DNA of 64,000 nt from the human T2T-CHM13v2.0 reference genome, Homo sapiens, in the NCBI RefSeq assembly GCF_009914755.1, contig NC_060947.1; one strand, written 5' to 3'. The notes under the pieces are model-generated. The model saw only the letters and a program-made list of their open reading frames with translations, had not been told where the DNA came from and searched no databases. Position numbers and translations under genes: made by a program. This document shows positions 16,351 to 37,868 of this stretch, piece after piece; within the stretch, counting starts at the first letter, position 1; each line of letters begins with the position of its first letter.

Positions 16351-18132
16351 GATGAAAAAAGGTAAGTGAAATTTCTTACTTTTATTATGGTCACTCTTAC
16401 AATTTTTTAAAAAAAATTCACCTTGTAAAACCATTCATTCAAATGTTTTTATAGGCCTAGCCAAGACCTGATAATGTTTATAATATAAGCTCTAAATTAA
16501 AATTGTAAGATGTTATGTTTTTGAACTCCTTCCAAGGGAGTATTCCTGAGTAATATTATTCATTTACTGTTACTTATAAAGACTAAAAGTTTTACCTGCT
16601 CATAAAAAAAGAAAAAAAGTCTGGAATAATGTAAAGTTCAACTTCATGGTATCTCTGAATGCCTCATCCAGGGGAAAGGATTTCAGCATGGACTGAAGAA
16701 CTCATGTGAAATATGGGAAGAAGTTTTTTCCAGGTACAGGATCTTTCTGAGAAGAGCCAATAGCCAAATAATAGAATGTGTGAGGGATATGTTGGGAGCT
16801 AGCAAGTAGGATAATGCTGTTCTATTTTCTGGAAAAAGTCAAATGTTCATCAGAGATTTGAGTATATTCTGTGGTTAATGGGATTAAAATTTTGTAAGTA
16901 TGTTTGTGGTACAATGCTGAATGATGTTGATTTGTGATTGAAAAATATCACTGGGACAGCAGTGTAGGGGGTTGAATGAAGACTGTGAATCAGTCATCAG
17001 GGAAACAGACTCTTATTTTAGAGATAGAATTAATATAGACTGTCCCCTGCCTGGATTAGGGACAAAGAATGCAGTAGCCTTGCCTGGTACAGTAATGTCT
17101 ATATGAATGAGCCTTCTCAACCATAGTGCTGCTTCAGGTCACAGCACTAGGGCCTCTTGCTATGCTCCCCTGTGAGCATAACCACTTATGCATAAGAAAG
17201 CCTCTGTCCCCAAGTCTTTCATTTGCTCTTCACTCTTCCCTGAAAGTTCCTCCCAGAGATCTCTTAGCTATTGCTTCTATCTCCTGATTTTTATTTGTCA
17301 GAGAGGCCCTCTCTGACCTTTTTTCTTGAATTAAATTCCCTCAACTGGTCCCTCCCACACCCTCTGTAACTCTATATCATTCTTCCCTGTGTTATTTTCT
17401 TCTCATGACTTTACCAATGTCTGAAATAATCTTATTTTTATACTCAATTATTCCGCTAGAGGATATAATGGCACTTAACACAAATTACCGTAAAGTGAAT
17501 ATTCTAAGGCAGTGTGTTATGTCTTTGCAGAGCTCTATGGGCTATGTTGAGGAAGCTGCTTACAGACGAAATTGACAGCATGAAGAAAGGTGTGGTCCTT
17601 ACAAGTATAGGGCCTATATTAATGAAGTAGCCAGGCATAGCTTCAGCCAGGAGACTGAAGCACCAGGTATGCTGGAAGTTGTGCTGTAGTTCACTCAAGT
17701 ACACATAGAATGTTCCTTTAGGCAGATTAGCTTTCATTTGTTAAACATAACTTACTTATGTCTAACTGACATCTTGACTAACTGATTTAACTAACTGACA
17801 TTGATGTCTAACTGACTCTTACCCTGGTCAGGACAGTTCAAGGATGATGAGCTCATTGGCTAAACGTGCTGCCTAGATAGATTGGAGGGTGGAATAGAAT
17901 GAGTTAGGGAACCTAGGTGAGACTGTGTTGGTGTTGTTGGAGGGTATTAACTATGGTGGCATCTCTGGGACCTGACTGTTCGTTGTTTATGAGGTGCTTC
18001 AGGAAGAGGTAAGATTTAGTTTTTGATTATGATCTTGGGCCATTAACAGAGGGAGGCCCACATCTGGAGGAGAAGGAGGAGTGGGAGAATGAAGGAAAAT
18101 ACCCAACTTCCAGGGCTGTAAAGTTCAGTGTG

Positions 18133-21615
<3,483 letters not shown>

Positions 21616-23107
21616 AAGTTGAGTTCTTACTCTACAAAAGACCCTGTGAAGTGAACAGTAAAACAAGCTACAGACTGGGAGAAAATATTTATAAAACAAA
21701 TATCTCACAAAGGAATAATTTCCAGAATATTTAAAGAACTCTCATTACTTAATAGTAAAAGCAAACTATCTGAGAATAAAATATGGAAAGACATGAACAA
21801 TACTTTACCAAAGAGGATATACAAATGGCAAATGAGCATATGAAAAGATGTTCAAAATTATTCGCCATTTCGGAAATGCAAATTAAAGCCATGATGGGAT
21901 ATCACTACACATATATGAGAATAACTAAAATTAAAAATAATTGAGACAACACCAAATGCTAGTGTGGATGAGGAGAAACTGGATTACACATACAATGCTT
22001 TTCGGGTTGTAAAATTGTGCAGCCAGTTTGGAAAACAGTTTGGTAATTTCTTACAAAACTAAACAAAAAACTGCTATATGAGGGGGTGGAGCCAAGATGG
22101 CCAAATAGGAACATCTCCAGTCTACAGCTCCCAGTGTGAGCGATGCAGAAGATGGGCGATTTCTGCGTTTCCAACTGAGGTACCGGGTCCATCTCACTGG
22201 GGAGTATTGTACAGTGGGTGCAGGACCGTGGGTGCAGCACACCGAGCGTCAGCTGAAGCAGGGTGAGGCATTGCCTCACCCGGGAAGCACAAGGGGTCAG
22301 GGAATTCCCTTTCCTAGTCAAAGAAAGGGGTGACAGATGGCACCTGGAAAATCGGGTCACTCCTACCCTAATACTGTGTTTTTCCAATGGTCTTAGCAAA
22401 CGGCACACCAGTAGATTATATCCCACACGTGGGTCGGAGGGTCCTACGCCCACGGAGCCTCACTCATTGCTAGCACAGCAGTCTGAGATCAAACTGCAAG
22501 GCAGCAGCGAGGCTGGGGGAGGGGCGCCCGCCATTGCTGAGGCTTGAGTAGGTAAACAAAGTGGCTAGGAAGCTCGAAGTGGGTGGAGCCCACCGCAGTT
22601 TCAAGGAGGCCTGCCGACCTCTGTAGACTCCACCTCTGGGGGCAGGGCATAGCCAAACAAAAGGCAGCAGAAAACTCTGCAGACTTAAATGTTCCTGTCT
22701 GACAGATTTGAAGAGAGTAGTGGTTCTCCCAGCATGCAACTGGAGATCTGAGAACTCACAGGCTGCCTCCTCAAGTGGGTCCCTGAACCCTGAGTAGCCT
22801 AACTGAAAGGCACCGACCAGTAGGGGCAGACTGACACCTCACACGGCCGGGTACTCCTCTGAGACAAAACTTCCAGAGGAAGGATCAGGCAGCAACATTT
22901 GCTGTTCACCAACATCCACTGTTCTGCAGCCTCTGCTGCTGATACCAAGGGAAACAGGGTCTGGAGTGGACTTCCAGCAAACTCCAACAGACCTGCAGCT
23001 GAGGATCCTGACTGTTAGGAAAACTAGCAAACAGAAAGGACATCCGCACCAAAACCCCATCTGTACATCACCATCATCAAAGACCTAAGGTAGATAAAAC
23101 CACAAAG

Positions 23108-24121
23108 ATGGGGAAAAAACAGCAGAAAAACTGGAGACTCTAAAAATCAGAACACCTCTCCTCCTCCAAAGGAATGCAGCTCCTCACCAGCAATGTAACA
23201 AAGCTGGACAGAGAATGACATTGATGAGTTCAGAGAAGAAGACTTCAGACGATCAAACTACTACGAGCTAAAAGAGGAAGTTTGAACCCAAGGCAAAGAA
23301 GTTAAAAACCTTGAAAAAAAATAGAGGAATGGCTAACTAGAATAAGCAATGCAGAGAAATCCTTAAAGGAATTGACGGAGCTGAAAAACCACGGCACGAG
23401 AACTACATGACGAATGCACAAGCCTCAGTAACTGATGTGATCAACTAGAAGAAAGGGTATCAGTGATGGAAGATAAAATGAATGAAATGAAGCGAGAGAG
23501 AGGTTTAGAGAAAAAAGAATAAAAAGAAACGAACAAAGCCTCCAAGAAATATGGGACTATGTGAAAAGACCAAATCTACGTCTGATTGGTGTACCTGAAA
23601 GTGACAGGGAGAATGGAACCAAGTTGGAAAACACTCTGCAGGATATTATCCAGGAGAAGTTCCTCAATCTAGCAAGGCAGGCCAACATTCAGATTCAGGA
23701 AATACAGAGAATGTCACAAAGATACTCCTCGAGAAGAGCAACCCCAAGGCACATAATTGTCAGATTCACCAAAATTGAAATGAAGGAAAAAATGTTAAGG
23801 GAAGCCAGAGAGAAAGGTCGGGTTACCCACAAAGGGAAGCCCATCAGACTAACAGCGGATCTCTCCGCAGAAACTCTACCAGCTAGAAGACAGTGGGGAC
23901 CAATATTCAACATTCTTAAAGAAAAGAATTTTCAACCCAGAATTTCATATCCAGCCAAACTAAGCTTCATAAGTGAAGGAGAAATAAAGTCCTTTACACA
24001 CAAGCAAATGCTGAGAGATTTTGTCACCACCAGGCCTGCCCTACAAGACCCCCTGAGGGAAGCACTAAACATGGAAAGGAACAACCAGTACCGGCCACTG
24101 CAAAAGCATGCGAAATGGTAA
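23108..24121 (+). pseudogene. L1 ORF1, disrupted
   Basis: ATG at 23108 (MGKK); C-terminal 186 aa open (23561-24121) with REKG and YPAKLS. Confidence 0.92.
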
Positions 24122-24183
24122 AGACCATCGAGGCTAGGAGGAAACTTCAACAACTAACGACAAAACAACCAGCTACCATCATA

Positions 24184-28003
<3,820 letters not shown>

Positions 28004-29477
28004 ACAGTGAGATCACATGCACACAGGAAGGGGAACATCACACACCGAGGCCTGTTGTGGGGTTGGGGGAGGGGGTAGGGATAGCATTAGGTGATATACC
28101 TAATGTTAAATGAAGAGTTAATGGGTGCAGCACACCAACATGGCATATGTATACATATGTAACAAACCTGCACATTGTGCACATGTACCCTATAACTTAA
28201 AAGTTTAATAAAAAACTGCTATATGATCTAGTAATTATATTTTTAGGGATTTATCACAGAGAAATGAAAACATGTTTACACAAAGTCCTGTGCATGAATG
28301 TTTGTAGCAACTTTACTTGTCATAACTCCAAATGGGAAACAACCTAGTTGTCCTTCAAAATGCAAATGGTTCAACAAACTGTTGAACCGTTCCATACAAT
28401 GGAATGAAAAGGAACAAACACAGGACAAGCAGCAACCTGGAGGAATCTTCAGAGAATTATGCTGAGTGAAATGAGGCGGTCCCAAAGATTACACGATGTG
28501 TGATTCCGTTTATATTACATTTCTGAAATGACAAAATTATGGAATTGGAGAAACGATTAGTTCTTTCCAGAGGTTAAGAAAGGGGTGGGAGCAGGAAGGA
28601 AGTGAGTATAGCTGTAGAAGAGCAACAGGCAGGATCCCTGTGGCGATGGAATATTCTGTATCTCACTATTAATGTGAATTTCCTGGTTGTGATATTGTAC
28701 TGTAGTTTTGCAAAATTTTACCATTGGGGGAAACTGAATAAAGTGTACACAGGATCTCTGTGTAATCTTTGAATTATTTCTTACAACTGCATGTAACAAC
28801 TGTCGTTTAAACAGTAAAGATTAATTTAAAATATGTATAACAAGGCCTCTACCCATTTGATTCCTCCATGCAACTCTTTGCGAATTCATTACAAGTTTCT
28901 TGTCAGTTGTTGATGGATTGATGAGCCATCTCTTTACGGTGTTGAGGATGGATTTTTGAGAGAATCAGAAAGTGGAACAGGGAAGAGAAATTAGGAGGCT
29001 ACTTGATTTGCCATGACAGGCATCATAAAAGTAGAATAGACAGATGTCCTTGACTTATGATGACTCAACTTACAGTTTCTCAACTTTCAGTTGCTTTTCT
29101 ATGTATGATGGGGTTATGTTCAGAAAAATACAGCATTTGTTGAAAATATTGTCAGTCAGACTGTACAGAGGTGGATTGCTGTGCATTATGCGTTTGTGTA
29201 TGACTGTGTCCAGTGACTGGGAGTAGATCTGGAGGCATCAACACAGGGAATAAACCAGGATGTAGAGGAGAAAGAGGGAAAACCTCTATGCCACTAACTG
29301 TAATATTTATTGGAAATCTTCTTTCCATTGTCTCTTAGAGATAAAGGCCAGTCTCAGATATTTCCTGAATAATTCTGGCTCTTGTGATTATTTGTTAGGC
29401 AACGCAGCCTCCAGTGTCAGAATTGCTGTACTGCACCTTGAATTATGAAGACACTGCCCAGGTGCAGATTGACAGGG

Positions 29478-29864
29478 TGTCTTAGGCCATTCTCACATTA
29501 CTATAAAGAAATACCTAAGACTGGGTAATTTATAAAGAATAGAGGTTTAATTGGCTCATGGTTCTGCAGGCTGTGCAGGAAGCTTGGTGCTGGCATCTGC
29601 TTGGCTTCTGAGGAAGCCTCAGGAAACTTATGATCATGTGGAAGGTGAAGGGGAAGCAGGCACGTCTTACATGGCAGGAGCAGGAGTAAGAGGGCGAGGG
29701 AGGTGCTACACACTTTTAAACAACTAGATTTCAGGAGAACTGACTCACTATCATGAGAACAGCACCAAGGTGATGGTGCTAAACCACTGTGAGAAATCTA
29801 CCCCCATGATCTAGTCACCTTCCCACCTCCATCATTGGGGATTACAACTGAACGTGATATATTA
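29478..29864 (-). mobile_element. MST (MaLR) solo LTR, MSTA/B-like
   Basis: tgtcttaggccattctcacattactataaagaaatacctaagactgggtaatttataaag...; 5-bp TSD caggg (29473-29477 / 29865-29869). Confidence 0.88.
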
Positions 29865-30522
29865 CAGGGACAGGAGCCAATTACTTACAGGACTAGTTAC
29901 ATCTTCCTGTTTTGAATTGAGACAGATGCAGAGTCAGGTTTCAGGACTTTATCCTGGCTATTGTCGTATTCAGGAAACAGCTGGATCTGATCAAGGTTGT
30001 GTATAAAAGACAAGGTGCAGAAACCATTTCAAATAAAGATTGGGTGGGGCTACAGTGCTTATGTTCAGTCTGGGTGTTGAAGGAAATTGATGAATCTTTA
30101 TGTTGGGTGTTGGGGCTTCCATGCTTCCATACCATACAGACCCCAGTGGTGGAGCTGGGGTATAGAGTGGTATAGCCCTGGCAGCATAATTGGGGTTCAT
30201 GCCTCTGCCATTGTTGGAGCTGGTCAGGCTGTGGTTTATAATCAGGCCTGGTTGTGTGGCAGAACCCATAAGACAGGTTCATTATGAGGGGTGTCGGATG
30301 TCAGATGTACAGACATGTACAAACATTTTTCTTTGTGAAGCTTTGTGGTCTAATATATCTATCCTCTTGTTTGTTGTCACAGATGCTGGAGGGAGTGGAG
30401 GAAGAAGTTTAATTACCACATACAGCTCTTCCATATGCAAGGTCTCTGGGGCAAAACTGTCATTCTGTCTGAAGCCAGACCCTCAATGTCAGACTAAGAG
30501 AGTCGGATGGAGACTACATCTT

Positions 30523-30782
30523 CTGTGTGTGTTGCAATGGGAGGACTTCTCTCCACCGAGTTTAGTGAGGGTAAGGTGCCAGGAAAAGTGATCATATTCA
30601 TTCTTATGTTTGTAAAAGAATGATTGTTCACATATCTCTAAAAAGACCAAAACTGTGTATGTTGCAATGTGAAGACTTCCCCCAACCAAGTTTAGTGAGG
30701 GTAAGGTACCTGGAAAAGAGATAATATTCATTCTTATGTCTGTAAAAGAGTGATTGTTCACATATCTCTAGGAAGACCAAAA
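30523..30782. repeat. Tandem duplication, 2 x 130 bp
   Basis: 30523-30652 vs 30653-30782, ungapped, 15 mismatches by manual count (~88% identity). Confidence 0.92.
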
Positions 30783-33700
30783 GCTTCTCCCAGCCAGTGA
30801 TCTGCTTTTCCCTCTGCATTTATTCCTAGTGGTACTTAATCCAGCTTCCTCTCTCACCCAGGACTTGCTGCCTCCTACATTCTTATCTCTCAGAGACTGC
30901 AGGGATAAATGTCCAGCTTCTATGTGCCAGAACCTGGGGCACCAGGGAAGAATCTATACAAAGGCCACAAAAAGCACTAAAGCTCAAGAAAATGAATTCT
31001 GATGTCATAGTAGGAAAGAAGATAGGCCATGTTAATCACATGATAATTGAGTGGAGTAAGAGAATTTCCAATCAGAGGCTTCATTGTGTGACTCAGGGGC
31101 CGTTTTCAGGGAAATAAGTCATAGTCATTCATAAGGAGCATGAATGGTGTGGAGCTGTGTTTTGTGCTTGAAAGAATAGATGGGAATCAGAACCTGGTGG
31201 CCAATGTGTGCTCAGCAGAGATATTTTCTGCTTTATCTCTTTGTCAAAGGGTTGTGGGCAAGAGAGTGAAAGATACATTATAACTTAGATCTGTGGTTTA
31301 AAAATATCAGTTTGAGAATGATATATTTTAAAAGATGCATTGGAGGGAGTAAGAAGTGCTAAGTAGGTGAAATACTTTTTAAAATTCTAGGTAAGACATG
31401 ATAATGTGGAAGTATTAGCCAGTGAGACATTACAGACTTATGGTCTATATGATTTTCTTACTGGATTGTGAGATGGTGAGAGTGATTTCACAGTCAATGC
31501 TGAAAGGTATTGGTGCCATTAACAAGAAGGGGAACGACGGGGGATAGGTATGGGAGAAACAACACTTTGTATTACTATATTCCTGTTTTCCTTGGTAGAA
31601 CTTGAAGCTTATTTCATAAAATTTCTACATTTTTTCCAAACAAGTGTTCTGTTTGTTACATGACCGTGTTAGGCTTTTTGTTTTGTTTTGTTTCTCTTTT
31701 TGCTTTTTTGTTTTTGTTTTATTGTTTGTTTTGTTTTATTAATTTTAATTTTTTAATTTTTTTTTATATGTTATTGGGGTACAGGTCTTGTTTGGTTACA
31801 TGAGTAAGTTCTTTAGTGGTGATTTGTGAGATTTTGGTGCACCCATCACTGGAGCAGTATACACTGCACCATATTTGTAGTCTTTTATCCCTCACACCAT
31901 TCCCACCCTTCCCCTAAGTCCCCAAAGTCCATGGCATCATTCTTATACCTTTGCGTCCTCATAGCTTAGCTCCCACATATCAGTGAGAATGTATGATGTT
32001 TGGTTTTTTAATCCTGAGTTACTTCACTTAGAACTATAGTCTCTAATCTCATCCAGGTCACTGCAAATGCTGTTAATTCATAATTCATTCCTATTTATGG
32101 CTGAGTATTATATATATATGCCACAATTTTCTTTATCCACTCATTGATTGATGGGCATTGGGGTTGTTTCCACGATTTTACAATTGAGAATTGTGCTGCT
32201 ATAAACATGGGTGTGCAAGTATCTTTTTCGAATAATGACTTATTTTCCTCTGGGTAGATACCCAGTAGTGGGATTGCTGGATCAAATGGTAGTTCTACTT
32301 TTTGTTCTATAAGGAATCTTCACACTGTTTTCCATAGTGACTGTACTAGTTGACATTCCCACCAGCAGTGTAGAAGTGTTCCTTGATCACTATATCAATG
32401 CCAACATCTACTCTTTTTTTTATTTTTTGATTATGGCCATTCTTGCAGGAGTAAAGTGGTATCACATTGTGGTTTTGATTTGCATTTCCCTGATCTTCAG
32501 TGATGTTGAGCATTTTTTATATGTTTGGTGGCCATTAGTATATCTTCTTTTGATTATTATCTATTCATGTCCTTAGCCCACTTTTTGATGAGATCGTTTG
32601 TTTTTTTCTTGCTGATTTGTTTGACTTCATTGTAGATTCTGGATATTGGGCCTTTGTCAGATGTATAGATTGTGAAGATTTCCTCCCACTTTGTGGGCTG
32701 TTTGTTTACTCTGCTGACTGTTCCTTTTGCTGTGCAAAAGCTCTTTAGTTTAATTAGGTCCCAACTATTTATCTTTGTTTTTATTGCATTTCCTTTGGAT
32801 TCCTGGTCATGAAATCCTTGCTTAAGCCAATACCTAGAAAGGTTTTTCCAGTGTTATCTTCTAAAATATTTATAGCTTCAGGTCTTAGGTTTAAGTTCTT
32901 AATCCATCTTGAGTTGATTTTTCTATAAGGTGATAGATAAGGATGCAGTTTCATTCTCCTACATGTGGCTAGCCAAGTATCCCAGCACCATTAGTTGAAA
33001 AGGGCGTCCTTATATTTTTGTTTCCTTTGTCAAACATCAGTTGGCTATAAGTATTTGGGTTTATTTCTTTGTTCTCTCTTCTGTTCCATTGGTCTATGTG
33101 CCTATTTTTATACCAGTGCTATACTGTTTTGGTACTACGGCCTTATATTATAATTTGAAACCAGGTAGTGTGACGCCTCTAGATTTACTCTTTTTGCTTA
33201 ATCTTGCTTTGGCTGTGTGGGCTATTTTTTGGTTCCATATGAATTTCAGAATTGTTTTTTCTAGCTCTGTGAAGAATGATGGTTTTATTTTGATGGGGAT
33301 TGCATTGAATTTGTAGATTGCTTTTGGCAGTATGGTCATTTTCACAACATTGATTCTACCCATCCATGGGCATGGGATGTGTTTCCATTTGTTTGTGTTA
33401 TCTATGATTTCTTTCAGCAGCGTTTTGTTGTTTTCCTTATAGAGGTCTTTCAACTCCTTGGTTAGGTATATTCCTGAGTATTTTTTTTTTTTTTTTGCAG
33501 CTATTGTAAAAGGGATTGAGTTCTTGATTTGATTCTCAGCTTGGTTACTGTTGGTATATAGAAGAACTACTGATTTGTGTACATTAATCTTGTATCTGGA
33601 AACTTTGCTGAATTCTTTTATCAGTTCTAGGAGATTTTTGGAGGAGTCCTTAGGGTTTTCAGGTAAACAAGCATATCTTCAGCAGACAGGGACAGTTTGT

Positions 33701-34890
33701 CTTCCTCTTTACCAATTTGGATGCCCTTTATTTATTGTTCTTGTCTGATTACTCTGGCTAGGACTTCCAGTACTATGTTGAAGAGGAGTGGTGAGAATGA
33801 GCATGCTTGTGTTGTTCCCATTCTCAGAGGGAATGCTTTCAACTTTTCCCCATTCAGTATTATGTTGGCTGTGGGTTTGTCCTAGATGGCTTTTATTATA
33901 TTAAGGTATGTCCCCTGCATGCCGATTTTTCTGAGGGTTTAATCATATAGGGATGCTGGATTTTGTTGAATACTTTCTCTGCATCTATTGAGATTATCAT
34001 GTGATTTTTGTTTTTAATTCTGTTTATGTGGTGTATCACATTTATTGACTTGCATATGTTAAATCATCCCTGTTATGAAACCCACTTTATCATGGTGGAT
34101 TATCTTTTTGATATGTTTTTGGATTTGGTTAGCTAGTGTTTTGTTAAGAATTTTAGCATCTACAGTCCTTAAAGATATCTGTCTGTACTTTTCTTTATTG
34201 ATTGTGTCCTTTCCTGATTTTGGTATTAGGGTGATGCTGGCTTCATAGAATGAATTAGTGAGGGTTCCTTCTTTTTCTATCTTGTGGAATAGTGTCAAAA
34301 GGATTGGCATCAATTCTTCTTTGCATGTCTTGTAGAATTCTGCTGTGAATCTATCTGGTCCTGGACTTTTTTTTGTTGGTAATTTTTAAACTACCATTCC
34401 AATCTCACTGTTTGTTATTGGTCTGTTCAGGGTATCAATTTCTTCCTGATTTACACTAAGAGGGTTGTATTTTTCCGGAATTTATCCATCTCTTCTAGGT
34501 TTTATAGTTTATGTACATAAAGGTGTTCATAGTAGCCTTAAATGATGTTTTCTGTTTCAGTGGTGTCAGTTGTAATATCTCATATTTCATTTCTTACTGA
34601 GGTTATTTGCATTTTTCTCTCTTCTTAGTTAGTCTTGCTAATGGTCTATCCATTTTATTTATCTTTTCAAAGACCAGCTTTTTGTTTCATTTATCTTTTG
34701 TGGAGATTTGTTTGTTTGTTTCAGTATCATTTAGTTCTGCTCTGATCTTGGTTATGTCCTTTCTTCTGCTGGGTTTGGGTTTCGTTTATTCTTGTTTCTC
34801 CAGTTCCTTGAGGTATGACCTTAGATTGTCTCTTTGTGCTCTTTTGGACTTTTTGATATAGGCGTTTAGGGCTCTGAACTTTCCTCTTAG

Positions 34891-35247
<357 letters not shown>

Positions 35248-37229
35248 TAGGTTGTGTTGTTATTGTCATTCAGTTCAAAGAAATTTTTAAATTTCCATCT
35301 TGATTTTGTTTGACCCAGTGCTCACTCAGGAGCAAGTTATTTAATATCGATGTATTTGCCTGGTTTTGAAGGTTCCTTTTGGAGTTTATTTCCAGTTTTT
35401 TTTCCACTATAGTGAGAGACAGTGCTTGATATAATTTCAATTTTCTTAAATTTATCAAGCCTCCTTTTATGTCCTATTATATGGTCTATCTTGGAGAAAG
35501 TTCCATGCATTGTTGAATTGAATGTGTATTCTGTAGTTGTTGGATAAAATGTTCTGTATATATCTGTTAAGTCCATTTGTTACAACGTATAGTTTAAATC
35601 CATTGTTTCTTTTTTGACTTTATGTCTTGATTGACCTGTCTACTGCTGTCAGTGAAGTACTGAAGTCCCTCACTATAATTGTATTGCTGTCTATCTCATT
35701 TCTTACGTCTATTAGTAATTGTTTTATAAACTTGGGAGGTCCAGTGTTAGGTGCATATATATTTAGGTTTGTGATACTTTCCTGTTGGACAAGGCCTTTT
35801 ACTATTATATAATGTCCCTCTTTGTCTCTTTCAACTGCCGTGGCTTTAAAGTTTGTTTTGTCTGATATAAGAATAGCTCCCCTGCTCGCTTTTGGTGTCC
35901 ATTTGCACAAAATGCCTTTTTCCACCCCTTTACTTTAAATTTTTGTGAGTCCTTATGTGTTATGTGAGTCTCCTGAAGGCAGCAGATGATTGGTGAGTTC
36001 TTATTCATTCTCCAGTACTGTATCTTCTAAATGGAGCATTTAGGCCATTTACATTCAATGTTAGTATTGAAATGTGAGGTACTGTTGCATTCATCATGCT
36101 CTTTGTTGCCTGTGTGCTTTGTTTTGTTTGTTTGTTTTTGCTTTTTAACTTGTATTTTTATTTTATAGGTCCTGTGTGATTTATGCTTTAAAGTCGTTCT
36201 GTTTTGATGTGTTTCCAGGATTTGTTTCAAGATTTAGAGCTCCTTTTAGCAGTTCCTGTAGTAGTTGTTTGGTAATAGCAAATTATCTCAGCATTTGTTC
36301 ATCTGAAAATGACTGTATCTTTCCTTCATATATGATGCTTAGTTTCACGGATACAAAACTCTTGACTGATAATTGTTTTGTTTGAGGAGGCTGAAGATAG
36401 GGCCCCAATCCCTTCTGGCTTGTGGGGTTTCTGGCAGAAATCTGCTGTTAATCTGATAGGCTTTCCTGTATAGTTTACCTGGTGCTTCTGTCTCACAGAC
36501 CTTAAGATTCTTTCCTTTGTCTTAACTTTGGATAACCTGATGACAATGTGCCTAGGTGAAGATCTTTTTGCAATGAATTTCCCAGATGTTCTTTGTGCTT
36601 CTTGTAATTGCATGTCTAGGTCTCTAACAAGACCACAGAAGTTTTCCTTGATTATTCCCCCAAATACGTTTTGCAAGGTTTTAGAATTGTCTTCTTTCTC
36701 AGGTACACCAGTTATTCTTAGGTTTAGTCATTTAACATAATTCCATACTTCTTGGAGGCTTTGTTCATATTTTCTTATTCTTTTTTCCTTGTCTTTGTTG
36801 GATTGGGCTAATTCAAAGACCGTGTCGTTGATCGCTAAATTTCTTTATTCTACTTGTTCAATTCTATTGCTGAGACTTTCCACAGAATTTCGCATATCTA
36901 AAAGTGTATTCTGCGTTTCCTGAATTTTTTATTGCTTTTTCTTTAAGCTATCTATTTCCTTGAATATTTCTCCCTTCACTTCTTGTATTATTTTTTTGGA
37001 TTTCCTTGCGTGGGGCTTTGCCTTTCTCTGGTCCCTCTGTGATTAGCCTAATAACTAACCTCCTGAATTCTTTTTTAGGTAAATGGAGGATTTCTTGTTA
37101 GTTTGGATCCACTGTTGGTGAACTAGTGTGATTTTTGGGGGGTGTTAACAAGCTTTGTTTTGTCATATCACCAGGGTTGGTTTTCTTGTTCCTTTTCATT
37201 TGGGTAGGCTCTGTCAGAGGGAAGATCTA

Positions 37230-37695
37230 TGTCACGCACATCCATGTGAAGAGAGTCCACCAAGCAGGCTTTGTGTGAGCAATAAAGCTGTTTATTTCAC
37301 CTGGGTGCAGGAGGGCTGAGTCCAAAAAAGGAGTCAGCAAAGAGAGATAGGGATGGGGCAGTTTTATAGGACTGGAGTAAGCAGTGGAAAGTTACAGTTA
37401 AAGGTGGTTATCAATTTTCAGCAGAGGAGGGAGTCACAGGGTGCATGGTAGGGAGATCATAAGACTCATTGCCCAGAAGAATGTCACGAAGTTGATCGAT
37501 CAGTTGGGGCAGGGCAGGAACAAGTCATAATGGAATGTTGTAAGGTTGGTCAGTCAATTAAGACAGGAGCTGGCTGTTTTACTTCTCTTGTAGTTTTGGG
37601 TTGCCCCAGACTTCTTGGCTCCCGCAGGCCATCTGGACATATATGTGCAGGTCACAGGGGTTACAATGGCTGAGCTTCGGCTCAGAGGTCTGACA
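37230..37695 (-). repeat. 3' LTR (LTR7C-like)
   Basis: Minus strand tgtcagacctctgagccgaagctcagccattgtaacccctgtgacctgcac ... gtgcgtgaca; TATA (cctataaaac) and AATAAA present. Confidence 0.9.
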
Positions 37696-37868
37696 TTCCT
37701 GTCTTTTTATTTATAAAATATAAAGTTATAATAAAAGATAAAGAAAATATAAGTTTTACTGGGGATTATTGGTGTAGGGGCGATGTTTCTTGGGACTGCT
37801 TAAAGCGTGACCAGGGACTGCATGGACACCTTAAAAAAATTTTATAATGAGTTACAAGGAATAGGAAT

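Noticed and set aside
17755-17820. Four short ctaactga repeats with variable spacers (superficially array-like)
   Set aside because: Too short and irregular; slippage-derived minisatellite in eukaryotic DNA, not CRISPR
28058-28080. G-quadruplex-like tract
   Set aside because: Standard L1PA 3'UTR feature
29041-29130. Tigger/MER47-like terminus (cagatgtccttgacttatgatg)
   Set aside because: Too short and degenerate to assign confidently
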